Positions 39,722 through 50,800 are shown, counted from the first letter of the stretch. The stretch is DNA of 64,000 nucleotides from Candidatus Latescibacterota bacterium (GCA_965205485.1 OZ242180.1:2976001-3040000); one strand, 5' to 3'. Translations and numbers: made by a program. Notes: generated by a model not told the origin, from the sequence alone.

Positions 39722-40939
39722 ATGGAAAAACTGGCGATCCATGGAGGACCGAAGGTACGAACCCAACCGTTTCCCGAGAGGGCGCCGTTCGGGCGACGGG
39801 AAGAGCAAATGTTGGTCAATGCCGTGCGAAGCCAGAATCTGTTCGGCAAGAATGGCCGTTACGTCAAGGAATTCGAAGGGGCCTTTGCCGATTTCTACGG
39901 CGTCGGGTACGCGCAGAGTTCCACAGGCGGATCTGCGGCGATTCACCTCGCGGTGGGGGCTGTAAACCCGGACCCGGGCGACGAGATCATCACCGCGCCG
40001 GTTACCGATCCGGGTAGCGTGATGCCCATCCTGCAGCAGAACGCCGTGCCGGTCTTCGCAGACGTGGATCCCAGGACATTGAACATGACGCCCGCCTCTA
40101 TCGAAGCGGTCATTTCGGACCGGACGCGGGCCATCATTCTGGTCCATCTCTTCGGGAGGCCGTGCGATGTGGACGCGGCGGCGGATATCGCTGATCGCCA
40201 CGGCCTTGTTCTGATCGAGGATTGCAGCCAGGCCCATGCCACCCGATTCAAGGGACGGTACGTTGGCACCTTCGGGCACATGGGATGCTTCAGCCTGCAG
40301 CAGTCGAAACATATGACAACCGGTGACGGGGGGATGACCATTACGAATTGCGAGGAGACGTACGTCCGGCTGAAGCTGTTTTCCGATAAGGGCTGGGACT
40401 ATCAGTACATGGGTGAACGCGACCACGGTTTTCTTGCGCCTACGTATCGTATGACGGAGATGCAGGGGGCCGTGGGCCTGGCGCAGCTGGAAAAGGTGCG
40501 CGCCGTCGTCGAAAGGCGGATCCACCTGGGACGGCTCTTGTGTAACCTGATATCGGATGCGCCAGGAATCGAGCCTGTGTCCGCGAAACCGGACCGGGAG
40601 GTGTCGTGGTGGAATTTCATATTTCATGTGACGGGCCACGATCCGGACCGGTTCTGCAGGGCGGTGTCCGCGGAGGGCGTCGCGGTAGGCGCCCACTATA
40701 TCGGCGATCCGATATTCATGCGCGGCAAATACCTGACGGACAGAGTCACGTACGGAAACAGTGGATGTCCATTCACGTGCGGCGTGACGAACCGCGAGTA
40801 CCACTATGGCCCGGAGACGACCCCACAGGCCGTCGCGGGTCTGGGGACGGTCGCGGTTCGAGGCATCCATGAACATATGGACGAGTCGGATATCAATGAT
40901 ATCGCAGTGGCAATCAACAAGGTTGCCGAGAATCTGTAG
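39722..40939 (+). CDS. DegT/DnrJ/EryC1/StrS PLP aminotransferase
   Basis: LAIHGG, VPVFADVD, IEDCSQAH, FSLQQSKHMTTGDGG. Confidence 0.93.
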   Translation: MEKLAIHGGPKVRTQPFPERAPFGRREEQMLVNAVRSQNLFGKNGRYVKEFEGAFADFYGVGYAQSSTGGSAAIHLAVGAVNPDPGDEIITAPVTDPGSVMPILQQNAVPVFADVDPRTLNMTPASIEAVISDRTRAIILVHLFGRPCDVDAAADIADRHGLVLIEDCSQAHATRFKGRYVGTFGHMGCFSLQQSKHMTTGDGGMTITNCEETYVRLKLFSDKGWDYQYMGERDHGFLAPTYRMTEMQGAVGLAQLEKVRAVVERRIHLGRLLCNLISDAPGIEPVSAKPDREVSWWNFIFHVTGHDPDRFCRAVSAEGVAVGAHYIGDPIFMRGKYLTDRVTYGNSGCPFTCGVTNREYHYGPETTPQAVAGLGTVAVRGIHEHMDESDINDIAVAINKVAENL

Positions 40940-41037
40940 CAAGGCATTGCGTAGGAGCGACCCCTTTTCGTCACCCGCCGATGAACATCCGGTATTGTCG
41001 ACGCATCCGATCGACTCCTTGCCAGGGGCGACACATT

Positions 41038-42651
41038 ATGGTCGAAGGGAAAGAGGTTCTCACGTCTCACGGCGCCGTTGCCGCGGGGCCGGAAGAGGCG
41101 GCTCGCGTGGGCGCGCGCGTGCTGGATCGGGGCGGGAACGCGATGGACGCGGCCGCCGCAGCCAGCATGGCCTGCTGTATGCTGCAGCCGCAGTCAACCG
41201 GGGTGATGGGTTACGTGCTTTGCGCGCTGGTGTTGGACGGTCGGACCGGGAGCGTATGGTCTCTGGATGCCAACTCCATTGCACCCGCGTCGGCGAGTGA
41301 GAAGATGTACGACGTGATGCCGATGGGGGACGGTCCGAAGGGGATCAACGAAAACGAGTATCTCTGTTCCGTACGGGATAACGCCAACGTCCACGGACCC
41401 CGGGCCGTGGGTCCGCCAGGAATGATGGCGGGGATGGGGGTGTTGTGGGAGCGATGGGGCCGCTTGAAGTGGTCCGATATCGTAGCTCCTTCCCTGACGT
41501 TGCTGGAGAATGGATTCCCGTTCGGTTCCACGGCCGCAGCGATTCGAAACCTGGAGCCGGTAATCCGGCGGTTTCCTGCAACGGAGAAGCACCTCATGCC
41601 GCACGGGCGATTGCCCACGGCGGACGACGTCTGGCACCGCCGGGATATGGAGAAATCGTTGACGCGTGCGTGCGAGGCGGGGTGGCGCGATTTTTACGAT
41701 GGAGAAATCGGGCGGAGGATCGCGGACCATGTCAGTGATACGGGCGGTTCGCTTACCAGGGAGGATATGGCGGGATTCGAGCCGCGCGTCACCGCGCCTT
41801 ACGAGACGACGTACCGCGACGCGACCGTCTATGCAGCAATATTGCCGAACGGCGGTTTGACAGCCCTGCAGATCCTCAACATGCTGGAATGCTTCGAGCC
41901 CGTTGCCGAGGATACGCTGACGTACTGGCACCGGTTGGCCGAAATTCTGAAACTGGCGTGGCGCGACCGGCTGCTGTACCTGGGCGATCCGGATCACGTG
42001 GACGTACCCGTCCAGCGGCTGCTGAGCAAAGACTATGCGGCAGGGCGTGTGGAATCCGTGCGCCAGTTTCGCGATTACGTCGATCGGCGCTCCCCTTGGC
42101 CGGAAGGGGACTCACGGACCGGGACGCTCCATGTTTCCGCGGCGGACGCGGAGGACAACGTGGCGTCGGTGACGATTTCTCAGGGCGGTGCATTCGGATC
42201 CCTGGTAACCGTGCCCGGTACCGGTCTGATCCTGGGGCACGGGATGTGCCGCCTGGATCCGCGGCCCGGTCGCAGGAATTCGGTGGCGCCCCTGAAACGG
42301 CCCCTGAACAATACGGCGCCGCTGTTGATTCGCCTGCCGGACCGCGACGTCGCGGCGGGGTTGCCGGGGGGACGGCGGCTCGTGAGCGTGAATGCGCGAA
42401 TCGCACAGAAAATCGTGGATTTCGGCGCGTCTCCTTACGAGGCCGTATCGGGCCCCCGGATGCACGTCCAGATGGAGGAGCCCGTGATGGTAACGAGATC
42501 TCTTGACGAGGCCATTCAGGATGGATTGCTCGAGTTGGGACACGAACTGGAAGTGGTCGGGGGCGTCGCGGGCGGTGCGCATTGCGCGGAGTACCTGAAG
42601 TTGGAAGGAAAAGTGCGGGCGGGTGGAAACACGTGGGCGGCAGGCGTTTAG
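41038..42651 (+). CDS. ggt: gamma-glutamyltransferase family protein
   Basis: GGNAMDAAAA, VGPPGMMAG, FYDGEI, the GTLHVSAAD nucleophile region, FGSLV, NSVAPLKRP. Confidence 0.88.
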   Translation: MVEGKEVLTSHGAVAAGPEEAARVGARVLDRGGNAMDAAAAASMACCMLQPQSTGVMGYVLCALVLDGRTGSVWSLDANSIAPASASEKMYDVMPMGDGPKGINENEYLCSVRDNANVHGPRAVGPPGMMAGMGVLWERWGRLKWSDIVAPSLTLLENGFPFGSTAAAIRNLEPVIRRFPATEKHLMPHGRLPTADDVWHRRDMEKSLTRACEAGWRDFYDGEIGRRIADHVSDTGGSLTREDMAGFEPRVTAPYETTYRDATVYAAILPNGGLTALQILNMLECFEPVAEDTLTYWHRLAEILKLAWRDRLLYLGDPDHVDVPVQRLLSKDYAAGRVESVRQFRDYVDRRSPWPEGDSRTGTLHVSAADAEDNVASVTISQGGAFGSLVTVPGTGLILGHGMCRLDPRPGRRNSVAPLKRPLNNTAPLLIRLPDRDVAAGLPGGRRLVSVNARIAQKIVDFGASPYEAVSGPRMHVQMEEPVMVTRSLDEAIQDGLLELGHELEVVGGVAGGAHCAEYLKLEGKVRAGGNTWAAGV

Positions 42652-42842
42652 TGAGGTTGTATAACAAATTGGCATTAATGTCAAAGTCGCAGTCTGTTTT
42701 CTGTATACACCCGTCTTGGTATATACGGTAGCAGGAAATATTGAATGTAGACGTGACTATGTTCAAGTTGTTATTTCTCAGGTAGATGTTTGTGTTCACA
42801 TTGCTGTGAAAAACGATGAAACCACAGAACGGGAGAAGGGCA

Positions 42843-43157
42843 ATGCCAGTATCACACCCGCGATACAGCAAAAAAGAGTTCGCCCGGCGAGGTGATGAAA
42901 TTTACGAGCGAGACATGCGCCTCCTCATTGAGCCAGAAAACGAAGGGAAGTTTGTAGTCATCGATATCGAAACTGGCGATTATGAAGTTGACGCGGATGA
43001 ACTTGGGGCGTCAGATCGTCTTCTGTCCCGCAGGCCTGATGCGCAAATGTGGATGATGCGAGTCGGTTCTCGCTATACCCGCCGCTTCGGACCGCGCTAT
43101 CGGTCGGTAAACAAGCACGTGACTAAGCCAGCGGTCCCATACTTAATAGATGCTTGA
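42843..43157 (+). CDS. small conserved hypothetical protein (DUF5678-like)
   Basis: FARRGDEIYE..EGKFVVIDIETGDYEVD..RRPDA..RVG pattern. Confidence 0.7.
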   Translation: MPVSHPRYSKKEFARRGDEIYERDMRLLIEPENEGKFVVIDIETGDYEVDADELGASDRLLSRRPDAQMWMMRVGSRYTRRFGPRYRSVNKHVTKPAVPYLIDA

Positions 43158-43389
43158 TTTCGATTCCGTCGTCCAGGTCCTCCCAATACACCGCAAAGCC
43201 TCCCGGCTCAATCGACCAGTTGTCCCGTTGCTCACGGGTTGCGTCTGCGAGCCAGTCCAGCCAGTCGAACTTATTGATTGATAGGCTGATTTCCCGTCCG
43301 TCGTCTAACGTCACATAGAGTGTGTCGTCGACGAAGCGAACGCCAATTGCCTTGACCTGGCTGGTGGACTCTTCAGGTAAAATAGTCAT
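43123..43389 (-). CDS. DUF2442-domain protein
   Basis: LYVTLDDGREI..LADATREQRDNW...WEDLDDGIEI..LL. Confidence 0.88.
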   Translation of the reverse strand: MTILPEESTSQVKAIGVRFVDDTLYVTLDDGREISLSINKFDWLDWLADATREQRDNWSIEPGGFAVYWEDLDDGIEIKHLLSMGPLA

Positions 43390-43603
43390 TCCAGGCCTCC
43401 AGTAACCTGTCACGATTCCGATGGATTAGTTTGACAATGCGGTTCAGCTCCGCCGGGTTGAAACCGTGGCAGTATTCTACTTCTATCGGCCGAAGCCAGA
43501 TCTTTGCTTCATTGCCTGCCTTGATTGCATGGAAATGTGGAGGTTCATACCGGTCGGAGGAATAGAACCGGAGCTTGTACCCCTCAATTGATATTGTCGG
43601 CAT
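43373..43603 (-). CDS. DUF4160-domain protein
   Basis: MPTI..GYKLRFYSSD..EPPHFH..AKIWL..LEAWNDYF. Confidence 0.9.
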   Translation of the reverse strand: MPTISIEGYKLRFYSSDRYEPPHFHAIKAGNEAKIWLRPIEVEYCHGFNPAELNRIVKLIHRNRDRLLEAWNDYFT

Positions 43604-43813
43604 CCTGAAGATCGCTCCAGTTGCTTTCGAAAGTCAAATTAAACAATCATCACACGTAAATCAAATCTATAGCAAATACCGTTCCCGGGAAGACGGCTTC
43701 TTCAGCCAGAGATTCCAGTTCGATATCTTACCTTGATTCGCAACTATTCGGGGATCTGAATGTCGAACATATGCAGAAGATCAAAGGCGAATTGACGTCA
43801 AAGTTCCCGGATA

Positions 43814-43982
43814 CTAGTGTTCAGTCCCGAAAATAAGTTGCCTGAATTCGACCGCCGAGTCGCCTGACTCGCAAGGCGCCTGAGCGCAGGCGACCTGCGT
43901 ATGGTCGGCGAGCGAGGGGAACGTAGCGAGACGGGATGAATCGGCGGTCGAATGGTGAGGAATTTTTGGGACAGGACACTAG
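43814..43982. mobile_element. MITE family D (IS630/Tc1-like ends)
   Basis: CTAGTGTTCAGTCCCGAAAAT ... ATTTTTGGGACAGGACACTAG; inner inverted repeat ATTCGACCGCCGA/TCGGCGGTCGAAT. Confidence 0.75.
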
Positions 43983-44004
43983 AGGTCGCTGGACGTGAAC
44001 GGGA

Positions 44005-44044
44005 CCTCTCCCCCCGGCCCCCTCTCCTGTGAGGAGAGGGGGAG
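44005..44044 (+). repeat. REP-like palindrome
   Basis: CCTCTCCCCCCGG-CCCCCTCTCCT-GTG-AGGAGAGGGGG. Confidence 0.6.
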
Positions 44045-44080
44045 CAAGAGCAGGGTTCGTTCTGACGCTTTCGCGCTGAA

Positions 44081-44142
44081 ACCTTTGGTGCCTTTTGTGC
44101 TTTCTGTGGTCGTTTTGTCGGTTGTCGTTTTTCGAAATGAGG
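44081..44142 (+). repeat. repeat family E, copy 1 (9-bp tandem TTTGTGCYT plus conserved tail)
   Basis: Similar to 55802-55862. Confidence 0.7.
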
Positions 44143-44331
44143 ATAACTACCGGGCTTGGTTGTTGGGGCCCGATTTTTGTATTTATCACGTTCGTTTTGT
44201 ATATTGCATTGTCCAGGTGTATACTGCAGGCTGGTCGCGTTAATCACAAATATCGACTGCATCGGTCCCGGGTCTACGGTCATTCCGGTGCCTCGCTGTC
44301 TCAGGTGTCGGACGACGCAGGGAAGGGTACA

Positions 44332-46299
44332 ATGGCGGAAGGTTCAACGGTCGCGGTATCGGCTGACATTGAGGGCGGACTCGACAGGCAAACGGTGACG
44401 CTGCGAAGCGTTCTCCTGGCAGGAGTATTGGCGGTCGGGGTGAACGTCGTTGTGAACTACGTGGAGTACGTCGTCCACGCGTCACGGATGACGTTGAGTC
44501 ACTTTCCGATGGGCACCCTGTTGCTCTACCTCCTGTTGGCGCTGGGACTGAACCCGCTGTGCCGGCTGCTCGCAAGTCGGTTTGCGCTATCCTCGACGGA
44601 ACTGCTGGTCGTGCTGGCGGGCGGTCTTGTCGGCGGGGCAATACCGTCGGTGGGGCTGACGGGCTATTTCCTGGGGGCTATCGCGGCGCCTTTCTACTTC
44701 GCGACGCCGGAGAACCAGTGGGGGGAGTTCTTCCATCCGAATATCCCGCATTGGCTGGCGCCGAGAAACACGAACGGCACGTTGAATCACCTGTTCGAAG
44801 GATTGCCGCCCGGCGATGCCATTCCCTGGAACGCCTGGTTCGTACCGGTGGTTTGCTGGATGGGTCTGATTACCGCCCTGTTTTTCGGTTCGGTCTGCCT
44901 CGCGGTGATTCTGCGCAAGCAGTGGATGGAAAGCGAACGCATCTCGTTTCCTATATTGCGCCCGGTTACCGACCTTACCGAACGGGCGGAGACGTGGGAA
45001 TTCCCGCGGCTCTTCTGGATCGGATTCGCAGTCGCGTTCGGCATTCTGGCCTGGAACATGATCAACTATTTCGTTCCCGGCTTTCCGCAAATCCCGAATA
45101 TCCGGTGGGGCCCCTGGATCAGGTTCGAACGATATTTCCCGGGGCTGTGGACGCGGATCAATATGTTTACGATTTCCTTCTGCTATTTCGCAAATATAGA
45201 CGTGTTATTCAGTCTCTGGTTCTTCGATCTTCTGTTCATCATTCGCAGCGGGATTCTGAACCGGCTGGGTATCAACGCCAGTTCGTGGTCCCACGCCTCC
45301 GCCGATTTCCAGTGGGTGCCTCTGGGCGCATTTTTTGCGATGGTGGGATGGGGGTTCTGGACGTCGCGGAACCACCTGAAACTGGTCTTCATGAAGGCGC
45401 TCCGGAGGGAAGCGCCCCTGGATGACAAAGATGAGATGATGTCGTTCCGGACGGCGGTATTCGGGTTGATTGTGTGCGTTTTATTCGCTGTTTTCTGGTG
45501 GTGGCAGGCCGGAATGAGTCTTGTCCTGGCGTGTGCGTTTGTTCTTGCCGCGTTCATCCTCTATCTGGGCGTTGCGCGCATCGTATCCGATGTGGGTTTG
45601 GTCTTCATCAGCATGCCCGTGGGGCCGCAGCGGTTCGTCACGTCGTTGTTCGGATCGGGGAATCTGTCGGGGTCCAGTCTGACGACGCTGGGATTCACGA
45701 ACGGCATCGCGTCCTACGGCAAGGGCCTGTTCATGCCTTCTGTCATTCACGGGGCCAAACTGGCAGACATATGTCCCCGGGACGGGCGGCGGCGCGTGCT
45801 GGCTGCTTTACTGCTGGCCTTCGGTTTGGGGTGTATTTTCTCGGTTGTGTTTACGTTGTATCTGGGATATACGTACGGGGCCTATAATTTCAACGATTGG
45901 CCGTTTACGAGGTATAGCAAGTCCGGCTTTGGACGTGTGATGACCCAGATGAACAACCCGGAGCCGCCCCACCGTTTGCAGTTGAGTCTGTTCGGAATTG
46001 GCGCCGCGGTAATGTCGCTGTTGACGTTTCTGAAGTACCGGTTTCCCTGGTGGCCCTTCCACCCGGTTGGATTCGCGCTTGCCGGTACAGGGACGTCCGT
46101 GCGATATACCGTGTTTTCGGTCTTTCTGGCCTGGGCGATCAAATTCCTGATTCTGCGGATTGGCGGGGCGGCGCTCTACCGGCGTTACGTGCCGTTTTTC
46201 CTGGGCGTGCTCGTGGGTTACTCCACGGGCGTGGGGCTTTCGCTCGTTGTGGATATGGTCTGGTTTCCGGGTGGCGGGCACTCGATCCACGGGTATTGA
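44332..46299 (+). CDS. DUF6785/DUF6784-type OPT-like polytopic membrane protein
   Basis: ILRKQWMESERISFP; RFPWWPFHPVGF; K.LILRIGG..LYRR..PFFLG; many TM segments. Confidence 0.8.
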   Translation: MAEGSTVAVSADIEGGLDRQTVTLRSVLLAGVLAVGVNVVVNYVEYVVHASRMTLSHFPMGTLLLYLLLALGLNPLCRLLASRFALSSTELLVVLAGGLVGGAIPSVGLTGYFLGAIAAPFYFATPENQWGEFFHPNIPHWLAPRNTNGTLNHLFEGLPPGDAIPWNAWFVPVVCWMGLITALFFGSVCLAVILRKQWMESERISFPILRPVTDLTERAETWEFPRLFWIGFAVAFGILAWNMINYFVPGFPQIPNIRWGPWIRFERYFPGLWTRINMFTISFCYFANIDVLFSLWFFDLLFIIRSGILNRLGINASSWSHASADFQWVPLGAFFAMVGWGFWTSRNHLKLVFMKALRREAPLDDKDEMMSFRTAVFGLIVCVLFAVFWWWQAGMSLVLACAFVLAAFILYLGVARIVSDVGLVFISMPVGPQRFVTSLFGSGNLSGSSLTTLGFTNGIASYGKGLFMPSVIHGAKLADICPRDGRRRVLAALLLAFGLGCIFSVVFTLYLGYTYGAYNFNDWPFTRYSKSGFGRVMTQMNNPEPPHRLQLSLFGIGAAVMSLLTFLKYRFPWWPFHPVGFALAGTGTSVRYTVFSVFLAWAIKFLILRIGGAALYRRYVPFFLGVLVGYSTGVGLSLVVDMVWFPGGGHSIHGY

Positions 46300-46379
46300 C
46301 CCACCGTGCGCGGGTACGACGTTGGACCCGATTTTCTTTCGTTGAATACATGGATGTGGATTTCTTCCGGAGGTAAGTC

Positions 46380-47606
46380 ATGGAAACGATGGTTGAGCGA
46401 TCAGTTGCCCGCTCGTGGGAACTGTACGACGCGGCACAGGAGGTTATCCCCCTGGGCACTCAGACCCATTCCAAGGCCCCGAGAGAGGCGCTTCGGGGGG
46501 TGGAGCCCTGCTACCTGGTTCGGGGCGATGGTTGCCGGGTGTGGGACGTTGATGGTAACGAATACATCGATTTCAGGAACGGGCTTGGACCCATCACCCT
46601 GGGGTACCGCTTTCCGGCGGTGGATAATGCCGTCAGAGAACAACTGGAGAGTGGTATCGTGTTCAGTTATCCGCACCCGCTGGAAGTCGAGGTCGCACAG
46701 CGGCTGGTCAAGGCGTTGCCCAGCGCGGAACGCGTCAGATTCCTGAAGACGGGCGGCGAAGCAATGGCGGCCGCGCACCGACTTTCAAGGGCGTTTACGG
46801 CGCGGGAACTCATCCTGACCTGCGGGTATCACGGCTGGGTCAATACGATGGCTCGAGGAGGGGTGCCGGAAGCGACGCGCAAGACTTACGTGGCGATGCC
46901 GTGGGGCGACATCGGGCCGTATGCTGAGGCGTTCGAGGCTTCAAGGGGTGAGATTGCCGGCGTCAGCGTGGCTTGCGCCTATGCGGAAGTCGAGCAGGGG
47001 CGCACTTTTCTGAGGGAACTGCGGACGTTGACGCGGCAGCACGGCGCTGTCCTCATTTTCGACGAGATCGTTACCGGGTTCCGGCTGCGGCGTGCAGGCG
47101 CGCAGGAATATTTCGGGGTGACTCCCGACCTGGCGGTGTATGCAAAAGGCCTGTCGAACGGGGTGCCCCTCTCATGTTTTGCTGGGAATTCGGCGGTGAT
47201 GGAGACGGTGGAAGACTGTGTCATATCGTCCACCTTCGGAGGGGATACGCTCGGACTGGCCGCGGCGCGGGCAGTGCTGGACGTGTACGAACGCGAAGAT
47301 GTGATCGGTACGCTGTGGAAGCGCGGCGAACAGCTTCACGAAGGCTTCAATGCGTACAGCGGGAGATTGGGCCTGCCGGCGCGTTTCACGGGAGCGGCGC
47401 CGGTTGGGCAACTGGTTATCGATCATCCCGACGCGGCCCGGCTGTTTCTCAGGTTCAACGAGGAAGTACTGAAGCGAGGGATCATTGTCTATTCGGTCTG
47501 TTACACCAATTACTCGCATACCGAGGCGGATATCGAGGAGGCCGTCGGCGCGATGGGCGAGGCGTTGGAAGTGATGGCAATAGAAGGGTTGTTCGATAGA
47601 GGGTAA
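46380..47606 (+). CDS. class III PLP aminotransferase (GSA-aminomutase-like)
   Basis: WDVDGNEYID, GYHG, LIFDEIVTGFR, PDLAVYAKGLSNG, STFGG. Confidence 0.9.
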   Translation: METMVERSVARSWELYDAAQEVIPLGTQTHSKAPREALRGVEPCYLVRGDGCRVWDVDGNEYIDFRNGLGPITLGYRFPAVDNAVREQLESGIVFSYPHPLEVEVAQRLVKALPSAERVRFLKTGGEAMAAAHRLSRAFTARELILTCGYHGWVNTMARGGVPEATRKTYVAMPWGDIGPYAEAFEASRGEIAGVSVACAYAEVEQGRTFLRELRTLTRQHGAVLIFDEIVTGFRLRRAGAQEYFGVTPDLAVYAKGLSNGVPLSCFAGNSAVMETVEDCVISSTFGGDTLGLAAARAVLDVYEREDVIGTLWKRGEQLHEGFNAYSGRLGLPARFTGAAPVGQLVIDHPDAARLFLRFNEEVLKRGIIVYSVCYTNYSHTEADIEEAVGAMGEALEVMAIEGLFDRG

Positions 47607-47670
47607 CTTTCGTATCTTAAGGGCATTCCATATCGCAACGTTGCGTACTTCGTTTCGCGGACATTCGTAA

Positions 47671-47858
47671 GAAGCTGTTTTAAAATTCCCGGTGAGTTCC
47701 CGAGCGCGCGCGAAAATGTGTCGGTCAAGGCGGGCAAGTTCGCCCTTATTCAATGTATCGTGGCTGCGCGCCCCTCGCCACTCTTGGGTGGATTTGACCA
47801 ACGCAGACCGACGCTTTTGCAGCCGCGCGAAGACCGCTGGGGGTTTTAAGACAGCTTC
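47671..47858 (+). mobile_element. MITE family A, copy 4
   Basis: Same TIRs; exact TAA duplication on both sides. Confidence 0.9.
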
Positions 47859-47876
47859 TAAGATTCGGAGGAGCGT

Positions 47877-50800
47877 TTGTTGAGGTTTCTTGCCATCACT
47901 GCGGCCTTTCTGGGTCTTTCAACCGGGGCCTCGGCCGTCCCGCCCGCCGTCAATTCGCCGGAAGGTGATCGGGTCGTCTGGCTCATACCTTCGGGCAAGC
48001 CAATGGTCCTGTTAACCCAGATCTGGATGGGACGTGCCGACGGGACGATGCCCATCAGGACGGGGATTTACCTGGGCCCTCCGGGAGACGTGGGTTTCCT
48101 GCCGGGAGGTGGGTTGGTATACCTGGAGCGGACGCTGGACCACGTCGCGTTCGGCACGACGCCGCTGGGCAGACTCACGTCCGATTCCCGCAGACAGCGT
48201 CGCCTACCCCTGGCGCGTAATCGAATCTGGCGAATTGACGCTTCCGGCGAGTCCCGCTGGCCGTTGCCCGGCGAAATGGACCCGATCGATCTGGCGGTTG
48301 CGCCGGACGGAAGTCGACTGGCCGTAACGGACCGCGAGGGGTTGTGGCTCGTCGATGCATTCGGGCGCGCTCGAATTCTCGTGCGCGGACACGTGCGCGG
48401 TCCCCTGGAGTGGTCTCAAGGCGCCGACGCCGTTGCGGCGGTTGTGGAAGGCGAATCGTCATATGTCGGAATGGACGGCGCTGAAGTGCCGGCGTGGAGC
48501 AGTTCAAGCAACCAGGGTGGGGCGAAGCCTCCGAAGCCGGCGCAGGAAAACGAGATTGACGCGGCCATGCTCATGGTTCACCAGGCGCTGAACTGGTGGG
48601 TCCGGGGTCATCACGCGATGCACCGGGGGGAGTATCGCAGCGCCAGGGATGCCTACCGCGAATCGGTCAGCGGATTCAAGGAAATCCGAAAGACGTATAC
48701 ACCCCTGGGTCTGTCGCGAGGAAGCTGTCAGGGCTACATCGATACAATTCGACGCCGTATCAAAAACGACGAGGCGCTGAAGGAAGCGGTATGCTCGGAA
48801 CGTCTGCTCGTTGTCGGCGACCTGATTGCAGAGTTTAACTCGGCTCGCGCCAATGAAACAAGGGCTGGCCTGGGCGGGCTCTTGTCATGGGCGTCCGCTG
48901 AACTGAAGGAGCGGCGGTTGGACGCGTCCTCGAGAGCACGGGATCTGGCGCAACTCAGGCATCTCTTCCAATGTCCGGCAACGGACGAACCCCACATGCC
49001 TGAAATCGGATACTTTTTCCGGCCCGCCGTTCACGCAGCCGGCCCCGTGTTGACCTGCTACTGGCACCGGGGGCGGGTGCAATATCTGCTGGGAAGCCCC
49101 GGCGGATTCGCCGTGGAGGCGCAGAATATACCGCGCGCCAGGGTCGATTCGCTCTTCGACCTGGGCGTGGCGCGGCTTAACAGGAATGAGGTGGACCAGG
49201 CGATCTTTCCGCTGCGCGTCGTTGCCCACCAGCGCCCCCGAAATAAAGATGCGCATCTGAAGCTGGGTTATGCGTTTCTGGAGGACAAATACTACAGGGG
49301 CGCGAAATGGGCATTCAGAAAGGCAGCGGCGCTGCCGGGCAACGACCCCGAACCCTACTACGGTCTGGGCCTCGTATTGATGGAACTGCACAACGAGCGC
49401 TACCAGGCCATAACCTATTTCAGAAAAGCCTTGATGCGCGATCGGGACTTCGTGGATGCCCAGTATAAGATCGCACTCGTGAGATATATGCTCAACGAGC
49501 ACGACGTGAAACCGGAGTTGGACCGGGTGCTGAAGACGGATCCGGAGTACGCCGACGCCTATCTGTTGATGGGAGATTGGTACGCCAATTTCATGGAGGA
49601 TTACGAAGAGGCGATTGTCTGGTACACCCGGTATCTCGCGATGCGGCCGGCCGACCAGAAAGTGGGGAGGCGGCTGGGACATGCGTATCTGAGAGTGAAA
49701 GACTACGACCGGATTCTGGAGAAAGTCCAGGCGTTTACAGACGAGTACCCCGATGCAATTGAACTGATGCCGATTGTGGCTCAGGCTTGCGCAAAGCGCA
49801 ACAAATACGATATGGCGATGGGGTTTTTCTCAACGTACATATCGCGGCTGAAGCAGGATCAGCGGGCGCTTTATGATGACATCGGACTGATCGCGTCACC
49901 CGAGGAGATTGCCGAGTATGAACAGACGTCGGGCGAGCTGAGGACGGCGTTTCTGGAGCGGTTCTGGAACGTGCGCGATCCGGATATCGGGACTTCCGTC
50001 AACGAAAGGTTGCTGGAACATTACAGAAGGGTCTGGTACGCCAGCCTGGAATTTTCCGACGGCAAGCAGCCCTGGGACCGTCGTGGCGAGGTGTACATTC
50101 GGTTCGGCGATCCGGACCACGTGACAAGTTCACGGAACGTGAATTTCCGGCACCCCCTTCCCGTGCTGCGCGTAAAAGAGCGGTTGGCCAGGCAGTTGTA
50201 TGGCGCCGAGGCCATTGGCGCGTCATTTATGGGTCCCGTCTTTCCCCTCCGCAATTTTGCTCTGGAGCGTGATATTCTTGGATTCGAAAGCGCCGCTGCT
50301 GATCTGGGCATTGAGGGCGAGCGCGACGCGTTTACCGGTGGCGACCCCGACGGGTCCGATTCGAATTTGAGGCAGATGACGACGTCGGAGGGTAGCCGGG
50401 ACGGGGGCTCGTCGTCCGACCGTAACGATACGGAACGTTCCAGCACCGCCGGAACGATCGGAGCGGCTGGAGATATCGGACAGAGTGAACTTGCAAGCAC
50501 GGTTACAGGGCCCCTCCCGTCCAGAATCAACACGGAAATTTTCGCGGGATCGGGTTTCAGTCCGGTTCTGAGCGCCGGCGCCGACCACGGGTCCACGCCG
50601 TGGGAGTCGTGGATCTATCTCAATATCGACGGCGGAATAGAGATCACGTTTACGGACGAGTTCAATTCACAGGTGTTTGACTTTGCACCGGTGCCTGATG
50701 CGCCTGACTTGGGTATCGAGCAGGTTACAAAGTTTCGTCGTTTTTCGCCCGCGATGGTGTTCAAGCAAGCGGTAGCCCTGACTCCCGATACCTTCACGCC

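Noticed and set aside
46380..47606. hemL assignment
   Set aside because: No tetrapyrrole gene context and a divergent N-terminus (IPLGTQTHSK rather than PGGVNSPVR); left as a class III aminotransferase.
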